In this document: positions 1-8,891 of the stretch, in pieces
Layout of the letters: each line of letters starts with the position of its first letter
Position numbering within the stretch: position 1 is the first letter of the stretch
NCBI GenBank assembly: GCA_038247415.1
Contig: JBBRUX010000039.1
Location: 1 to 37,563, forward strand
Direction of reading: 5' to 3'
Origin: Chitinivibrionales bacterium
GTDB lineage: Bacteria; Fibrobacterota; Chitinivibrionia; Chitinivibrionales; WJKA01
DNA length: 37,563 nt
Translations under genes and position numbers: made by a program
Notes under the pieces: generated by a model
Told to the model about the DNA's origin: nothing
The model's database searches: none
Seen by the model: only the letters and a program-made list of their open reading frames with translations

Positions 1-1
1 C

Positions 2-166
2 GATGCCCACGTTAAGGGCGAACCAGGCGCAGGTGTCAAATATTACAATGTGCAAGGGCGGATGGTGTATCGTTGGCAGCGCGATGGGAATACCGGCCGC
101 GTGCTGATACGCGTCCCCGGCAACGTGAGTAGGTATCCCGGAATTCTCAATATGATTCTTAATTGA
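2..166 (+). CDS. 3' end of a secreted protein (partial), C-terminal sorting-like tail
   Basis: Frame 2 reads DAHVKGEPGAGVKYYNVQGRMVYRW...MILN to TGA at 164-166. YNVQGRMV matches the tail motif of neighbouring secreted proteins. Confidence 0.7.
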   Translation, partial: DAHVKGEPGAGVKYYNVQGRMVYRWQRDGNTGRVLIRVPGNVSRYPGILNMILN

Positions 167-217
167 TACTATAGCTTGTAAAAAAATTAAACCCTATGCG
201 CAAGAAAGAGGTAGCTT

Positions 218-425
218 ATGAGATTTTGCAATTCAGGTAACGTCAAGACTGTTTTTTGTTTGAGCGTCATAGTATTCGGTCTTCCCATCTGGGCTGCTCA
301 GCACTTCAGTGTTGATAGCAATGGCGTGATGCTCGCTTCAAGGACAGAATCTTCGCGCAGGAGATGAACATGGCCCGGGTATTATAGTTTACTATGGTGC
401 TCGCATGATGCTGGTGCACCAATGA
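218..425 (+). pseudogene. Remnant of a secreted-protein gene: signal peptide joined out of frame to a sorting-like tail
   Basis: AAGAGG precedes ATG 218. It reads MRFCNSGNVKTVFCLSVIVFGLPIWA-AQHFSVDSNG (stop at 367). A second frame, 330-425, reads CSLQGQNLRAGDEHGPGIIVYYGARMMLVHQ*. Confidence 0.55.
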
Positions 426-455
426 TTGTTTGGACACAAATAACAAGAGGTAAAT

Positions 456-1535
456 ATGCAATCTTTTTTTTCCACAACTCTGCTATTCCTTTTCACGCTC
501 ATCGGCTATTCCATCGCCGGAGCAGCGGTACTTGGCGAACCCAATGCTATAGAATCTGGATTGCAGAGCCGCAGCGACCTGGTCTTTTACGGCGGATTCG
601 AAGCCTTTGGCGCATGCGACGCGGCTTTCAACACGGCCTGGGGCGCAGCCTGGAACAACCGCTGCAGTGAGGTGTCGGTACTCACCGGTTCCAGCGCGTA
701 TATCGGCAACAAAACATGGCGGGTCAACTACCCCGCGCGAGGTGTAGGCCCTGCAAGCACTGGTTTGCAAATTCCGGCATCTTTCCAAAAAATGGCAGCA
801 GGCCAGCCCTATGATTCGCTGTATCTTCGCTACTATGTAAAGTTTGAATCCGGGTTCGATTTTGCTCGGGGCGGCAAATTGCCGGGGCTTATGAGCGGCG
901 ATGATGCCTGGAGCAGATCGGGAGGCAATCAGCCCAACGGTACCAACGGCTGGACTATGCGCTTCATGTGGCGTTCGGGTGGCGCGGCAGTTGTTTATGC
1001 GTATCTGCCCCCTGGCAAATATTTTGGTGACGGATGGGGCTACGACATGGCGCTTAACCGGAATTTTCAGACCGGGAAATGGCACTGCATAGAACAGTTC
1101 GTCAAGATCAACACTATAGGTCAGCAGAATGGAAAATGCACGGTGTGGCTTGACGATGAGAAAGTGCTTGACCTGAGCGATATCGAATACCGGACCGTGG
1201 ATAATACCGCAGGAAAGGTTGGCGGTATCTACATTTCCACATTTCACGGCGGCAACGATGCTTCGTGGGCCCCGTCAGTGACTTCGTATACCCAATTCGA
1301 TGCATTTGCCTTGGCAACAAAGAGGGTCGGTCCTTATAATCCGTCAAGTGAGACCGCCACCGGATCGATGGCGGCCGCAAGGATGGCTCCTAATAAAAAG
1401 AGCGTAGTACGGGCTTTTGATATCCATGGTCGTGCGACAGACCGCAGAGCTGTCTCCGAAGGGGTTCGGGTGGTAATCTGGTCCAATGCCGGGCGGAGCA
1501 CCTGCAGATTGGAAGCGAGAGCCAAAGCATTATGA
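456..1535 (+). CDS. Secreted polysaccharide lyase, PL14-like (glucuronan/alginate lyase fold)
   Basis: Signal peptide; motifs FDFARGGKLPGL, RFMWR, YAY and STFHGG typical of PL14; tail FDIHGR; RBS GAGG. Confidence 0.8.
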   Translation: MQSFFSTTLLFLFTLIGYSIAGAAVLGEPNAIESGLQSRSDLVFYGGFEAFGACDAAFNTAWGAAWNNRCSEVSVLTGSSAYIGNKTWRVNYPARGVGPASTGLQIPASFQKMAAGQPYDSLYLRYYVKFESGFDFARGGKLPGLMSGDDAWSRSGGNQPNGTNGWTMRFMWRSGGAAVVYAYLPPGKYFGDGWGYDMALNRNFQTGKWHCIEQFVKINTIGQQNGKCTVWLDDEKVLDLSDIEYRTVDNTAGKVGGIYISTFHGGNDASWAPSVTSYTQFDAFALATKRVGPYNPSSETATGSMAAARMAPNKKSVVRAFDIHGRATDRRAVSEGVRVVIWSNAGRSTCRLEARAKAL

Positions 1536-1587
1536 AAAAATATAGTAACTGAATAGGTGTCAACCGCCGACCATTGCAGGGGAGGTC

Positions 1588-1692
1588 ATGATGCGTGGTT
1601 GCCGTAATGGTTCCTGTAGTTTATTTTCGGTACACCGGCACAACGCGGAAAAACAGGAGCACTCAGAAACACGAGAAAGAGGAAACCAGTGA
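1588..1692 (+). pseudogene. 34-aa mini-ORF, probably a gene remnant coupled to the next gene
   Basis: Strong RBS GGAGGT before ATG 1588; its TGA overlaps the GTG start at 1689 (GTGA). A shifted frame encodes hydrophobic VVAVMVPVVYF. Confidence 0.35.
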
Positions 1693-2930
1693 AAAGAATC
1701 ATGTTGTCAATATCGGCCGTCGCGGTGATGGTCGCCAGTGCCCATTCCCGACAGGTCAACATTTCAAGTGGCCCCCAATTGCAGAGTGCCATGGAAAATG
1801 CTCTCCCCGGAGACAGCATCAACCTCGCACCGGGCACCTACACGGCAACAAGGGGCTCTACATCGGGAGAAAATGCGCGAGGAATGTTCTTTTCAAAGAG
1901 GAGTGGAACCTCTTCGGCGCCTATAACTGTCAGAGCGCAGGATATGAGCAACAAACCTACTCTCATAGGCAAAGATGCCTCTGGAACTGTCATCTGCCTG
2001 TACCTGAAAGGAACCGCGATCGACTCAGCGAATTCGACAAATGTGGCGTACTGGAATTTTGACGGGGTCAATGTGCTGGGCGGTCAGAAGGGCGTCGTAT
2101 TCGATGCTTGTCAATATGTTGCCATGAAGGACTGTTCTGTATCAAATATTGATCAGGAGGGAATCCATATCAGGGACAACAGCTCCTTCATTACCATTGA
2201 AAGCTCTTCCGTTTGTTCCACCGGCAGGACTTCCGCAGGATACGGCGAAGCGTTCTACATCGGGAGTGATAAGAGCAGCCAGGGCATTCCACCTGCAACC
2301 AGCATGTACCGGCCGTTTTGCAATAGCAACACTATTCGAAATTGCACCGTTGGGCCGGGGGTAAGTGCGGAACACTTTGACGTCAAAGAGGGCACGTACG
2401 GGAATATCATCGAGTACAACACTTTTGACGGTAGTGGAATCAGTGGGGCAAATTCGGCCAATACGTTTATAAACGACAAGGCTCAGGGCACTATAATCAG
2501 ATTCAATGTAGGCAACAAGAACGGCAATGATAAAATAACCGCGTTTGGGGATGTCAGCGCCAGAGGAGTGTATCAATCGGGAAGTGAAGGGTGGTGGTAT
2601 TCCAATACCTTTAACGGGGCATCGACCACCGACTACATGATAGCTCATGCCGAGGGGAAACCAACCGCGTATAAGTGGACAAACGCAAAGCCAGCAGGCG
2701 GTAATATGTACGACCCAACGGTTGACTGGACTGATAAGAATCCCAATAGTGCCGTATCCATCAAACCATACACTCAACTAAAAGCCCTAAGAACTCCCCC
2801 TCATTCTGCAAGTTTGCATCTGACAAGAAAAGGCTCTCTGCTCACGATCACTCGTTTCGGTGCTGGACGCAGCCAGACCATTGGAGCAGACGGTAAGATC
2901 CAACGGGTTTCAGTACGTGTATCCGATTGA
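1689..2930 (+). CDS. Secreted right-handed parallel beta-helix protein (pectin-lyase-like fold)
   Basis: Signal peptide MKRIMLSISAVAVMVASAHS; N-cap ALPGDSINLAPGTY; Asn-ladder repeats with GEAFYIG and DVKEGT; basic C-terminal tail; GTG start after GAGG. Confidence 0.8.
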   Translation: MKRIMLSISAVAVMVASAHSRQVNISSGPQLQSAMENALPGDSINLAPGTYTATRGSTSGENARGMFFSKRSGTSSAPITVRAQDMSNKPTLIGKDASGTVICLYLKGTAIDSANSTNVAYWNFDGVNVLGGQKGVVFDACQYVAMKDCSVSNIDQEGIHIRDNSSFITIESSSVCSTGRTSAGYGEAFYIGSDKSSQGIPPATSMYRPFCNSNTIRNCTVGPGVSAEHFDVKEGTYGNIIEYNTFDGSGISGANSANTFINDKAQGTIIRFNVGNKNGNDKITAFGDVSARGVYQSGSEGWWYSNTFNGASTTDYMIAHAEGKPTAYKWTNAKPAGGNMYDPTVDWTDKNPNSAVSIKPYTQLKALRTPPHSASLHLTRKGSLLTITRFGAGRSQTIGADGKIQRVSVRVSD

Positions 2931-2974
2931 TAAATAGAAGATGGGATCGGTGTGGTTACATGATCCTGCTACCC

Positions 2975-3820
2975 TCAAAAAATCCGGCTCTTACGAAATA
3001 TCATGGGCGAAACACCAAGTGCTTTATGAAAAACTTTGCAGAAATAGGTGGCATCATAAAACCCGCACTCTGCGGATATCTGCTTTATGGGGGCGCTTGT
3101 TGTTTGAAGCAATCGCGCCGCCTTGTTAATTCGTTGACGTCGTAAAAACTCCCCCGGTGCAATGCCCTCGGATGCTTCGAACAAGCGGCTGAAGTGATAG
3201 CGTGAGTATCCTGCAATATGCGCCATGTCGTCAACGGTGAGTTGCGCGCCAACAGCTACAGCGGCAAGATCTAGGGCTTGGGCAATGCTTGCGGGACGTT
3301 GCTTTTTAAGCGTAGTTCCAATAGCGGAATGGGCAAGCTTCATGGTGAGATCATAGGCCAGAGCAGATGATTCAAAAGGGGTTTTGATAGTCTCGTTTAC
3401 TACGCGGTGGACACTATCGTTAAGAGCTGCTATTACACTAGAATTTTCCTCGAGTTTTTGTACTGGGCCTTTGCGCGAAATTGCATCCCGCCATATTCGG
3501 GTTACTTCATTGCCTGTTAGGCATACATAGGTAAACTCCCAGAAAGGCGAATCCGCAGGAAGGAAATAGTGATTGTCATGCGGGAAATAGAGCAGCATCG
3601 TATCTCTAGGAACAATGTCATATTCCTTCTTTTCATACCGTAGTTTTCCGCGACCTCCGGTTGTATACTGCATGAGGGCGAACTCGGTCTTACCTCGCAT
3701 TAGTCCATCCCAATTGTACGACGCGAGAACCTCCCGTGCAAATCCGCCGCTTGCAACCATGGCATGCAGTGGAATTGTTCTGCCCGAGAAGTAGACTGCT
3801 TTTTCGTTACTCTTTTCCAT
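2975..3820 (-). CDS. AraC-family transcriptional regulator
   Basis: N-terminal cupin-like sensor; C-terminal double HTH (GYSRYHFSRLF...ISAECGFYDATYFCKVFHKALGVSP). Confidence 0.95.
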   Translation of the reverse strand: MEKSNEKAVYFSGRTIPLHAMVASGGFAREVLASYNWDGLMRGKTEFALMQYTTGGRGKLRYEKKEYDIVPRDTMLLYFPHDNHYFLPADSPFWEFTYVCLTGNEVTRIWRDAISRKGPVQKLEENSSVIAALNDSVHRVVNETIKTPFESSALAYDLTMKLAHSAIGTTLKKQRPASIAQALDLAAVAVGAQLTVDDMAHIAGYSRYHFSRLFEASEGIAPGEFLRRQRINKAARLLQTTSAPIKQISAECGFYDATYFCKVFHKALGVSPMIFRKSRIF

Positions 3821-3840
3821 ACAAGGGCTCCTCTCTTTAA

Positions 3841-3905
3841 TAGCATAAAAATACCATAATAAGCACTAATTAGCCATGTAAAAAAGCAAATTTAGAGGGT
3901 ATATT
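3841..3905 (+). promoter_or_regulatory. Tandem AraC-type operator half-sites and putative -10 of the GH4 promoter
   Basis: AGCA-N8-CCAT at 3842-3857 and 3862-3877 (20-bp period); TATATT at 3900-3905; lies between divergent araC-like and GH4 genes. Confidence 0.55.
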
Positions 3906-3955
3906 AGAATCAAGAAAATACCATTACTCATTTTTTAAATAAGGAGAACCAATTT

Positions 3956-5452
3956 ATGGCTTTCAAAATAGCTTTCATCGGCGCTGGTAGTATTGGTTTT
4001 ACGCGGTTGCTTGTTAGAGATATCCTGGCAGTTCCGGAGTTTTGTGATACCATCGAAATTGCCTTTACCGATACAACCGCACGCAATCTTGAAATGGTGA
4101 CCCGATTGGTTAAACGGGATATTGAGGCAAATAAAAGCCGCGTAAAACTATGGTCCTCCCCCGATCGGCGCGAAGCGCTTCGTGATGCAAAATATGTAAT
4201 CAGTGTTGTGCGGATAGGCGGGCTTGAGGCTTTTCAGACTGATATCGACATTCCGCTAACCTATGGGATTGACCAGTGCGTAGGAGATACCTTGTGCGCA
4301 GGAGGAATTATGTATGGACAGCGAAATATCGCGGCAATTCTTGATTTTTGCAAGGATATGCGTGAGGTCAGTCATCCTGATGTACTCTTTCTTAACTATG
4401 CAAATCCAATGGCAATGAATACGTGGGCAGCTAATACCTATGGTAAGATCAGAACGATTGGCCTTTGCCATGGAGTCCAGAACGGTCACGATATGATCGC
4501 AAGCATCATACAGAATAGTATCAATAAAGGTAAAAAACCCAAAAGTAAAGGTTTTATACCGGTTGGGAAAAAAGATGTTGATATTATTTGCACGGGGATA
4601 AATCATCAGACTTGGTATACCCACATTCAATACAAAGGCGAAGATTGGGTTCCACGCCTTCTTGCCGGTTTCGAAAAACATCCCGAATACGCCCATACCG
4701 AAAAAGTACGTATCGATATGCTGCGACGATTTGGCTATTTTTCAACCGAGTCAAACGGGCACTTAAGCGAATATGTTCCGTGGTATCGTAAACGACCAAA
4801 AGAGATCGAAAAATGGATCGACCTAAGTTTGTGGATTCACGGGGAGACAGGCGGATACCTTCGGGCGTGCAGCGAACGGCGCAGCTGGTTTAAAACAGAC
4901 TTTCCTCAATGGCTTAAAGAAGCTCCTTTAGAATTCAAGGAAGATAAACGCAGTCACGAGCATGCATCGTACATACTCGAAGGCCTGGAAACTGGGCGCG
5001 TATATCGGGGATATTTTAATGTTAAAAACACCGGGATCATTTCAAATTTACCAGAAGATTGCATACTAGAAACCCCTGGATACGTTGATAAAAGCGGTGT
5101 AAATATTTGTCGCATAGGAGAATTGCCACTGGGGCCTGCTGCAGTTTGCAATGCAAGCATCAGCGTGCAGCGTCTGGCCGTAGAAGCTGCGGTACACGGG
5201 GATGATATGCTTCTTCGTCAAGCGATGATGATGGACCCCTTAGTGGGTGCCGTGTGTAATCCTCCCGAGATCTGGCAGATGGTAGATGAGATGCTTGTTG
5301 CGGGTGCGCAGTGGCTTCCCCAATACAAAAAGGCAATTCTAGCTGCAAAAAAACGCTTGGCACTCAACCCGCGAATCAAGACTCAAGAAGGCTATAAAGG
5401 GGCTGCCAGGCAACGGATGAGAACAGTAGCAGAGGTAAAGAAAGCTGGTTGA
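3956..5452 (+). CDS. melA: GH4 NAD+/Mn2+-dependent alpha-galactosidase (alpha-glycosidase)
   Basis: IAFIGAGS Rossmann motif, DQCVGDT, LNYANP, GLCHGV, GINH, STESNGHLSEY; RBS AAGGAG. Confidence 0.85.
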   Translation: MAFKIAFIGAGSIGFTRLLVRDILAVPEFCDTIEIAFTDTTARNLEMVTRLVKRDIEANKSRVKLWSSPDRREALRDAKYVISVVRIGGLEAFQTDIDIPLTYGIDQCVGDTLCAGGIMYGQRNIAAILDFCKDMREVSHPDVLFLNYANPMAMNTWAANTYGKIRTIGLCHGVQNGHDMIASIIQNSINKGKKPKSKGFIPVGKKDVDIICTGINHQTWYTHIQYKGEDWVPRLLAGFEKHPEYAHTEKVRIDMLRRFGYFSTESNGHLSEYVPWYRKRPKEIEKWIDLSLWIHGETGGYLRACSERRSWFKTDFPQWLKEAPLEFKEDKRSHEHASYILEGLETGRVYRGYFNVKNTGIISNLPEDCILETPGYVDKSGVNICRIGELPLGPAAVCNASISVQRLAVEAAVHGDDMLLRQAMMMDPLVGAVCNPPEIWQMVDEMLVAGAQWLPQYKKAILAAKKRLALNPRIKTQEGYKGAARQRMRTVAEVKKAG

Positions 5453-5620
5453 GTAAGTTCCCCGTGCAAGCGCAATCGGTCTGGTAGTTAGATACTAATA
5501 TAAAGCATAAATTATGATAGTTATGCGTTGTGGCGGAATTTGTCACACCTATACAAAACGCGGCTCAAGTCTTATCCCCCGCTCCACTGTAGGATCCTTA
5601 GCGTGAAAAAAACCCATTAG

Positions 5621-6436
5621 TCAATTATAAGGGAGAGGCACAACGCGCCTGACGGTCACTCCCGATGAGGTCTCTATCGTCAGGAATCGTATCGATGCAG
5701 AGGCGATTTCAGCGATCCGTGTCTCTCCCGCATTCACGCGCATCTTCGTCACGAGTCTGCCCGATGCGTCGATGAGAGAAGGCGAGAAGTGCCGTTGTCG
5801 GTGCCCTGATACAGGGTATCGACACGTCGATTTCCTTTGTCAATTGCCTTCGACGTCCAAACAAGCGTAAAGTCCCGGTGCGCCGCATCCTTGATACCCC
5901 AGCCCGATGGATCGTTCTGGGCCCACAGGCCATTGACGCCACGCTCACCGAATCTATCGAAGTGTTGTTGTAAATGACATTCCAGTTTGTAGCAGCAGTT
6001 ATTGGGTTGTTCTCGGCATACCCGTGTTCTTGCCAGAAGACATTATGGTGAACGATCATGTGCATCCCGCCGTCTTCGGTGAGAAAACAGGTGTTGTAGA
6101 AATCGTTATAAAAGAACTTCTGACTCGTGGCAAGGGTGAATGGCTAGCTGGTGCTTATGCTCACTGCCACTTTGCCGACATTATAAACAGTGCTGTGTTG
6201 CACCATGTTGTGGCCGCTATTGGTTGCTCCGATAGCAATGCCTTTTTCGTACGTGCCCACATAGTTGCAGTCATCCGCACCGCCGCTTTTTGGATTACCC
6301 GAAACGGCTTGGCAAACGATCCGTCGGCCCCGGAAGAGTCGGCTTCAGCCGAGACAAAGTATGTCGCCGAGAAGCAGCACGTGCACAGCGCAAGCAACAC
6401 CAGCAGCGATCGAGCGGATTTTTCCGATGGATTCAT
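5621..6436 (-). pseudogene. Fragmented secreted beta-helix protein gene
   Basis: Four collinear blocks in changing frames: signal peptide plus ATYFVSAEADSSGADGSFAKPFRVIQKAA; beta-helix coils DCNYVGTY..YNDFYN..EDGG..IVHHNVFW..IYNNT with in-frame TAG at 6144-6146; C-cap DAAHRDFTLVWTSKAIDKG (5889-5833); tail LIDASGRLV...PLPYN* ending at 5621. Confidence 0.8.
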
Positions 6437-7473
6437 GCTGCGCCCTCCGTAATAAGGTCAATACCACGCTATTGTGTCTGTCGGACCAGTGCCTGGCCTT
6501 GGAGATCGAATACCTTGGGTCCAGCAGCACCATTCTTCGAGACGTGGATCCGCAAACCACTGCTCTTTGCGTCCGAGAGTCTCAGGACTATCCGGGTCTC
6601 TCTGGGACCCGTCGACGCATGCGCTTCCCGACGTTCACCGCCGATTCTCGTGGTGCCCTTCGACTGACTGAAAATCCATGGCAAGAGACCAGGTTCGATT
6701 GGAAAAGGCATAAAGTAAATGTGCTCCCCGTAGCTCTGATATCCATTGCTGCCGATTTCACTTTCGGAGAACTCGGTAAGTTTCGATGGCGGCGATCCAC
6801 CCGCCCTTTGAATCGCCTGCATCATTGTGAGCGATCCCTCTACCGGAACAACGCCGTCGTTGGTTCCATGGAATGCCCATACGGGTATTCGGTTTGCAAA
6901 CCCGGCTGCTTTGCTCGTATCTCCGCCACCAGCTATTGGAACTGCCGCTGCAAATTTATTGACAGGGTGGCGACAGAGAATGTCCCATGTGCCGTATCCA
7001 CCCATAGAGCCGCCGGAGAGAATGATTCTATTGGTGTCGACGGAATACTTGACGCAGATCGTATCCAGCCCTCTCAAAGCATCCTTGTTTGCATTGCTTT
7101 CTGGGATAGCATTTGTGGAATAGGGACAACTGATCCATTCTGGCACATTTACCCACTGATCGTTTTCCGGGCACTGAGGCGCGTAGACAATGCAGGGATA
7201 TAGCTGTTGGCTTTGTTTGGAGGCAAGTTGCTGCATATCAGGCCCGGTTTTGGGGGCATAGTCGTTGCCTCTATCCCCAACACCATGCAGATACATAATG
7301 AGCGGATATTTCGTGCTGGTGGAATAGTTGTCTGGAATGAAAACTGAATACACGATTGTTCCGACTTTGCCATGACTCCAAGCCGCCTCGAGGCGTGACG
7401 CCGCGAGTGCGATAACACTTTATAATACAAAGAAAACTACAGCACCATTCCAGCGGATCGAGCTCTTAATCAT
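6433..7473 (-). pseudogene. Secreted alpha/beta-hydrolase (esterase/peptidase-like) interrupted by nonsense codons; core ORF 6469-7353 intact
   Basis: YPLIMYLHGVGDRG, APQCP, GGSMGG nucleophile elbow, WAFHGTNDGVVP. AAGGAG-ATG at 7473 is in frame with the core, but TAA at 7420-7422 falls in the signal peptide. TAG at 6469-6471 truncates the tail. Confidence 0.75.
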
Positions 7474-7618
7474 AATTCTCCTTTTGATAAATATTTGCAT
7501 CTCTTGCGTTTAATATACACCTTAGGCAGAGGCGTGAATGGAAAAAGAATTCACATGAGGATTTAACTTGAATTAAATTCGACACAGACGCATTCTCTTT
7601 TCATATCGCGACCCTCTT

Positions 7619-8827
7619 CTAATGACAAATAGTAACGCGCTGCGTCAGGAACCGATTCCTCGTCTCGATTCGCAGCAGATAGGTTCCTTGTGGAAGGCTT
7701 CCGGGAATGCGCAGCTGAACCGCGCCCATGCCGTCGGCTTTAGCCAGACTGCAACCGTTCGCGTTAATCAATCGTACCCGAAAGGAGCCGGGGTAGGATA
7801 CCTCGAAGGCTGATGCATTGGGGATACCCTGCAAACTCCTGATAAATAGACCACCCGTGCGATGAACCAATCCTTTACGAACGCTGTTTGCAGTTGCGAT
7901 GCGGAATACGGGCGAGAACGCAATATCGGGTCCGCTGTACTGCTTGACCATTAGCACGGCATTAGTATTCGCCAAGGAACGAGCTTCGATGTCAGAAGGA
8001 ATAGTCCAGGCAATACTACTCGAATCGAGGAAGTGCTTTGTGCTGGTGATGTTAAAGAAATTTTTCCCACCGTCAATACTTAACCAGAAGTACGCTAGAT
8101 TGAATTTGGCATTGTCAAACGATTTCCATGTGAGCGTTATCGTCTGACCAATCGAGAAGGTCTCTCCCCCTTTGGGGTACGTGATCTCTCCCTTGACGTC
8201 ACGAACAAACCTGATCGCAACCTCCATACTGGAATCTAACCCTACTTCGAACGCTCGGGCCTTGAGCGTGAGGGATGATGTGATGGTGATCGGGTTGCCG
8301 CTATACTTAGCGGAAGAGGAGGATGGATCAGAGCCGTCGAGAGTGTAGCGGATCTCCGCCGCAGCGCTCGTATGACTCATGTCAACGGAAATTACCTGTG
8401 AGAATACCTCCACAGGACCAGGCGGGTACACGCTGGGCAATTCCGACTGCGCGTGGACAAAAACGAATTGCTTCGGAGATTTCGGCACAATGACATTGGC
8501 CGGGTCTGCCAAATCGGCGATGTTGCTCACCGTGAGTGTATACGTTTTTCCACTGGTCAATTTCGAGGTGCTGAGTATTACACTTCTACCGGATATCCAT
8601 ATTACCTCATTGATTTGAACGTTATTGTTTATTCCGTAGTTGGCGATGGTGGTGGAAGTGCCCACATCAACCGGCTCGGAAAAGACAATCAGAATCGCGG
8701 TGTCGCGGTATGCATTGACAACGGTTAGCGTCGGCTTAGTCGCATCTGTTTGTGCAGATACTCCAATGCAGCCCAAGAGGCACACCATGCAAAGAAATGA
8801 GCATAGTTTACTCAGTTTTTTATTCAT
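7619..8827 (-). CDS. Secreted multi-Ig protein (Ig-like, chitobiase/Fn3-associated and beta-sandwich domains) with T9SS-type-A-like CTD
   Basis: Signal peptide; DATKPTL..IVFSEPVD; IRYTLDGSDP..LKARAF; ITYPKGGETFSIGQTITLTW; about 75-aa tail ending GTYLLRI..TQRVTI. Confidence 0.8.
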   Translation of the reverse strand: MNKKLSKLCSFLCMVCLLGCIGVSAQTDATKPTLTVVNAYRDTAILIVFSEPVDVGTSTTIANYGINNNVQINEVIWISGRSVILSTSKLTSGKTYTLTVSNIADLADPANVIVPKSPKQFVFVHAQSELPSVYPPGPVEVFSQVISVDMSHTSAAAEIRYTLDGSDPSSSSAKYSGNPITITSSLTLKARAFEVGLDSSMEVAIRFVRDVKGEITYPKGGETFSIGQTITLTWKSFDNAKFNLAYFWLSIDGGKNFFNITSTKHFLDSSSIAWTIPSDIEARSLANTNAVLMVKQYSGPDIAFSPVFRIATANSVRKGLVHRTGGLFIRSLQGIPNASAFEVSYPGSFRVRLINANGCSLAKADGMGAVQLRIPGSLPQGTYLLRIETRNRFLTQRVTICH

Positions 8828-8891
8828 ATACTTCCTATCTTTTTATTGTTAAGCTGCGGATTCAGGATATCTCTGCTTGCTCTACCGCGAA

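Noticed and set aside
483..1247. 254-aa minus-strand ORF, plus similar shadows such as 2142-2777, 6024-6452 and 6265-7203
   Set aside because: Antisense to well-supported genes or pseudogenes, with no motifs or RBS; expected shadow ORFs.
5648..5684. Hairpin CCTGACG...CGTCAGG with CCGATGAG resembling a hammerhead core
   Set aside because: It lacks the CUGANGA/GAAA core and is explained as the CTD-coding part of the minus-strand pseudogene.
6144..7422. Stop-codon reassignment or pyrrolysine readthrough to explain the in-frame TAG and TAA codons
   Set aside because: TAG ends intact genes here (7619-8827, CDF, AlkD-like) and TAA is common. The affected genes also show frameshifts or a TAA, so decay is the simpler explanation.
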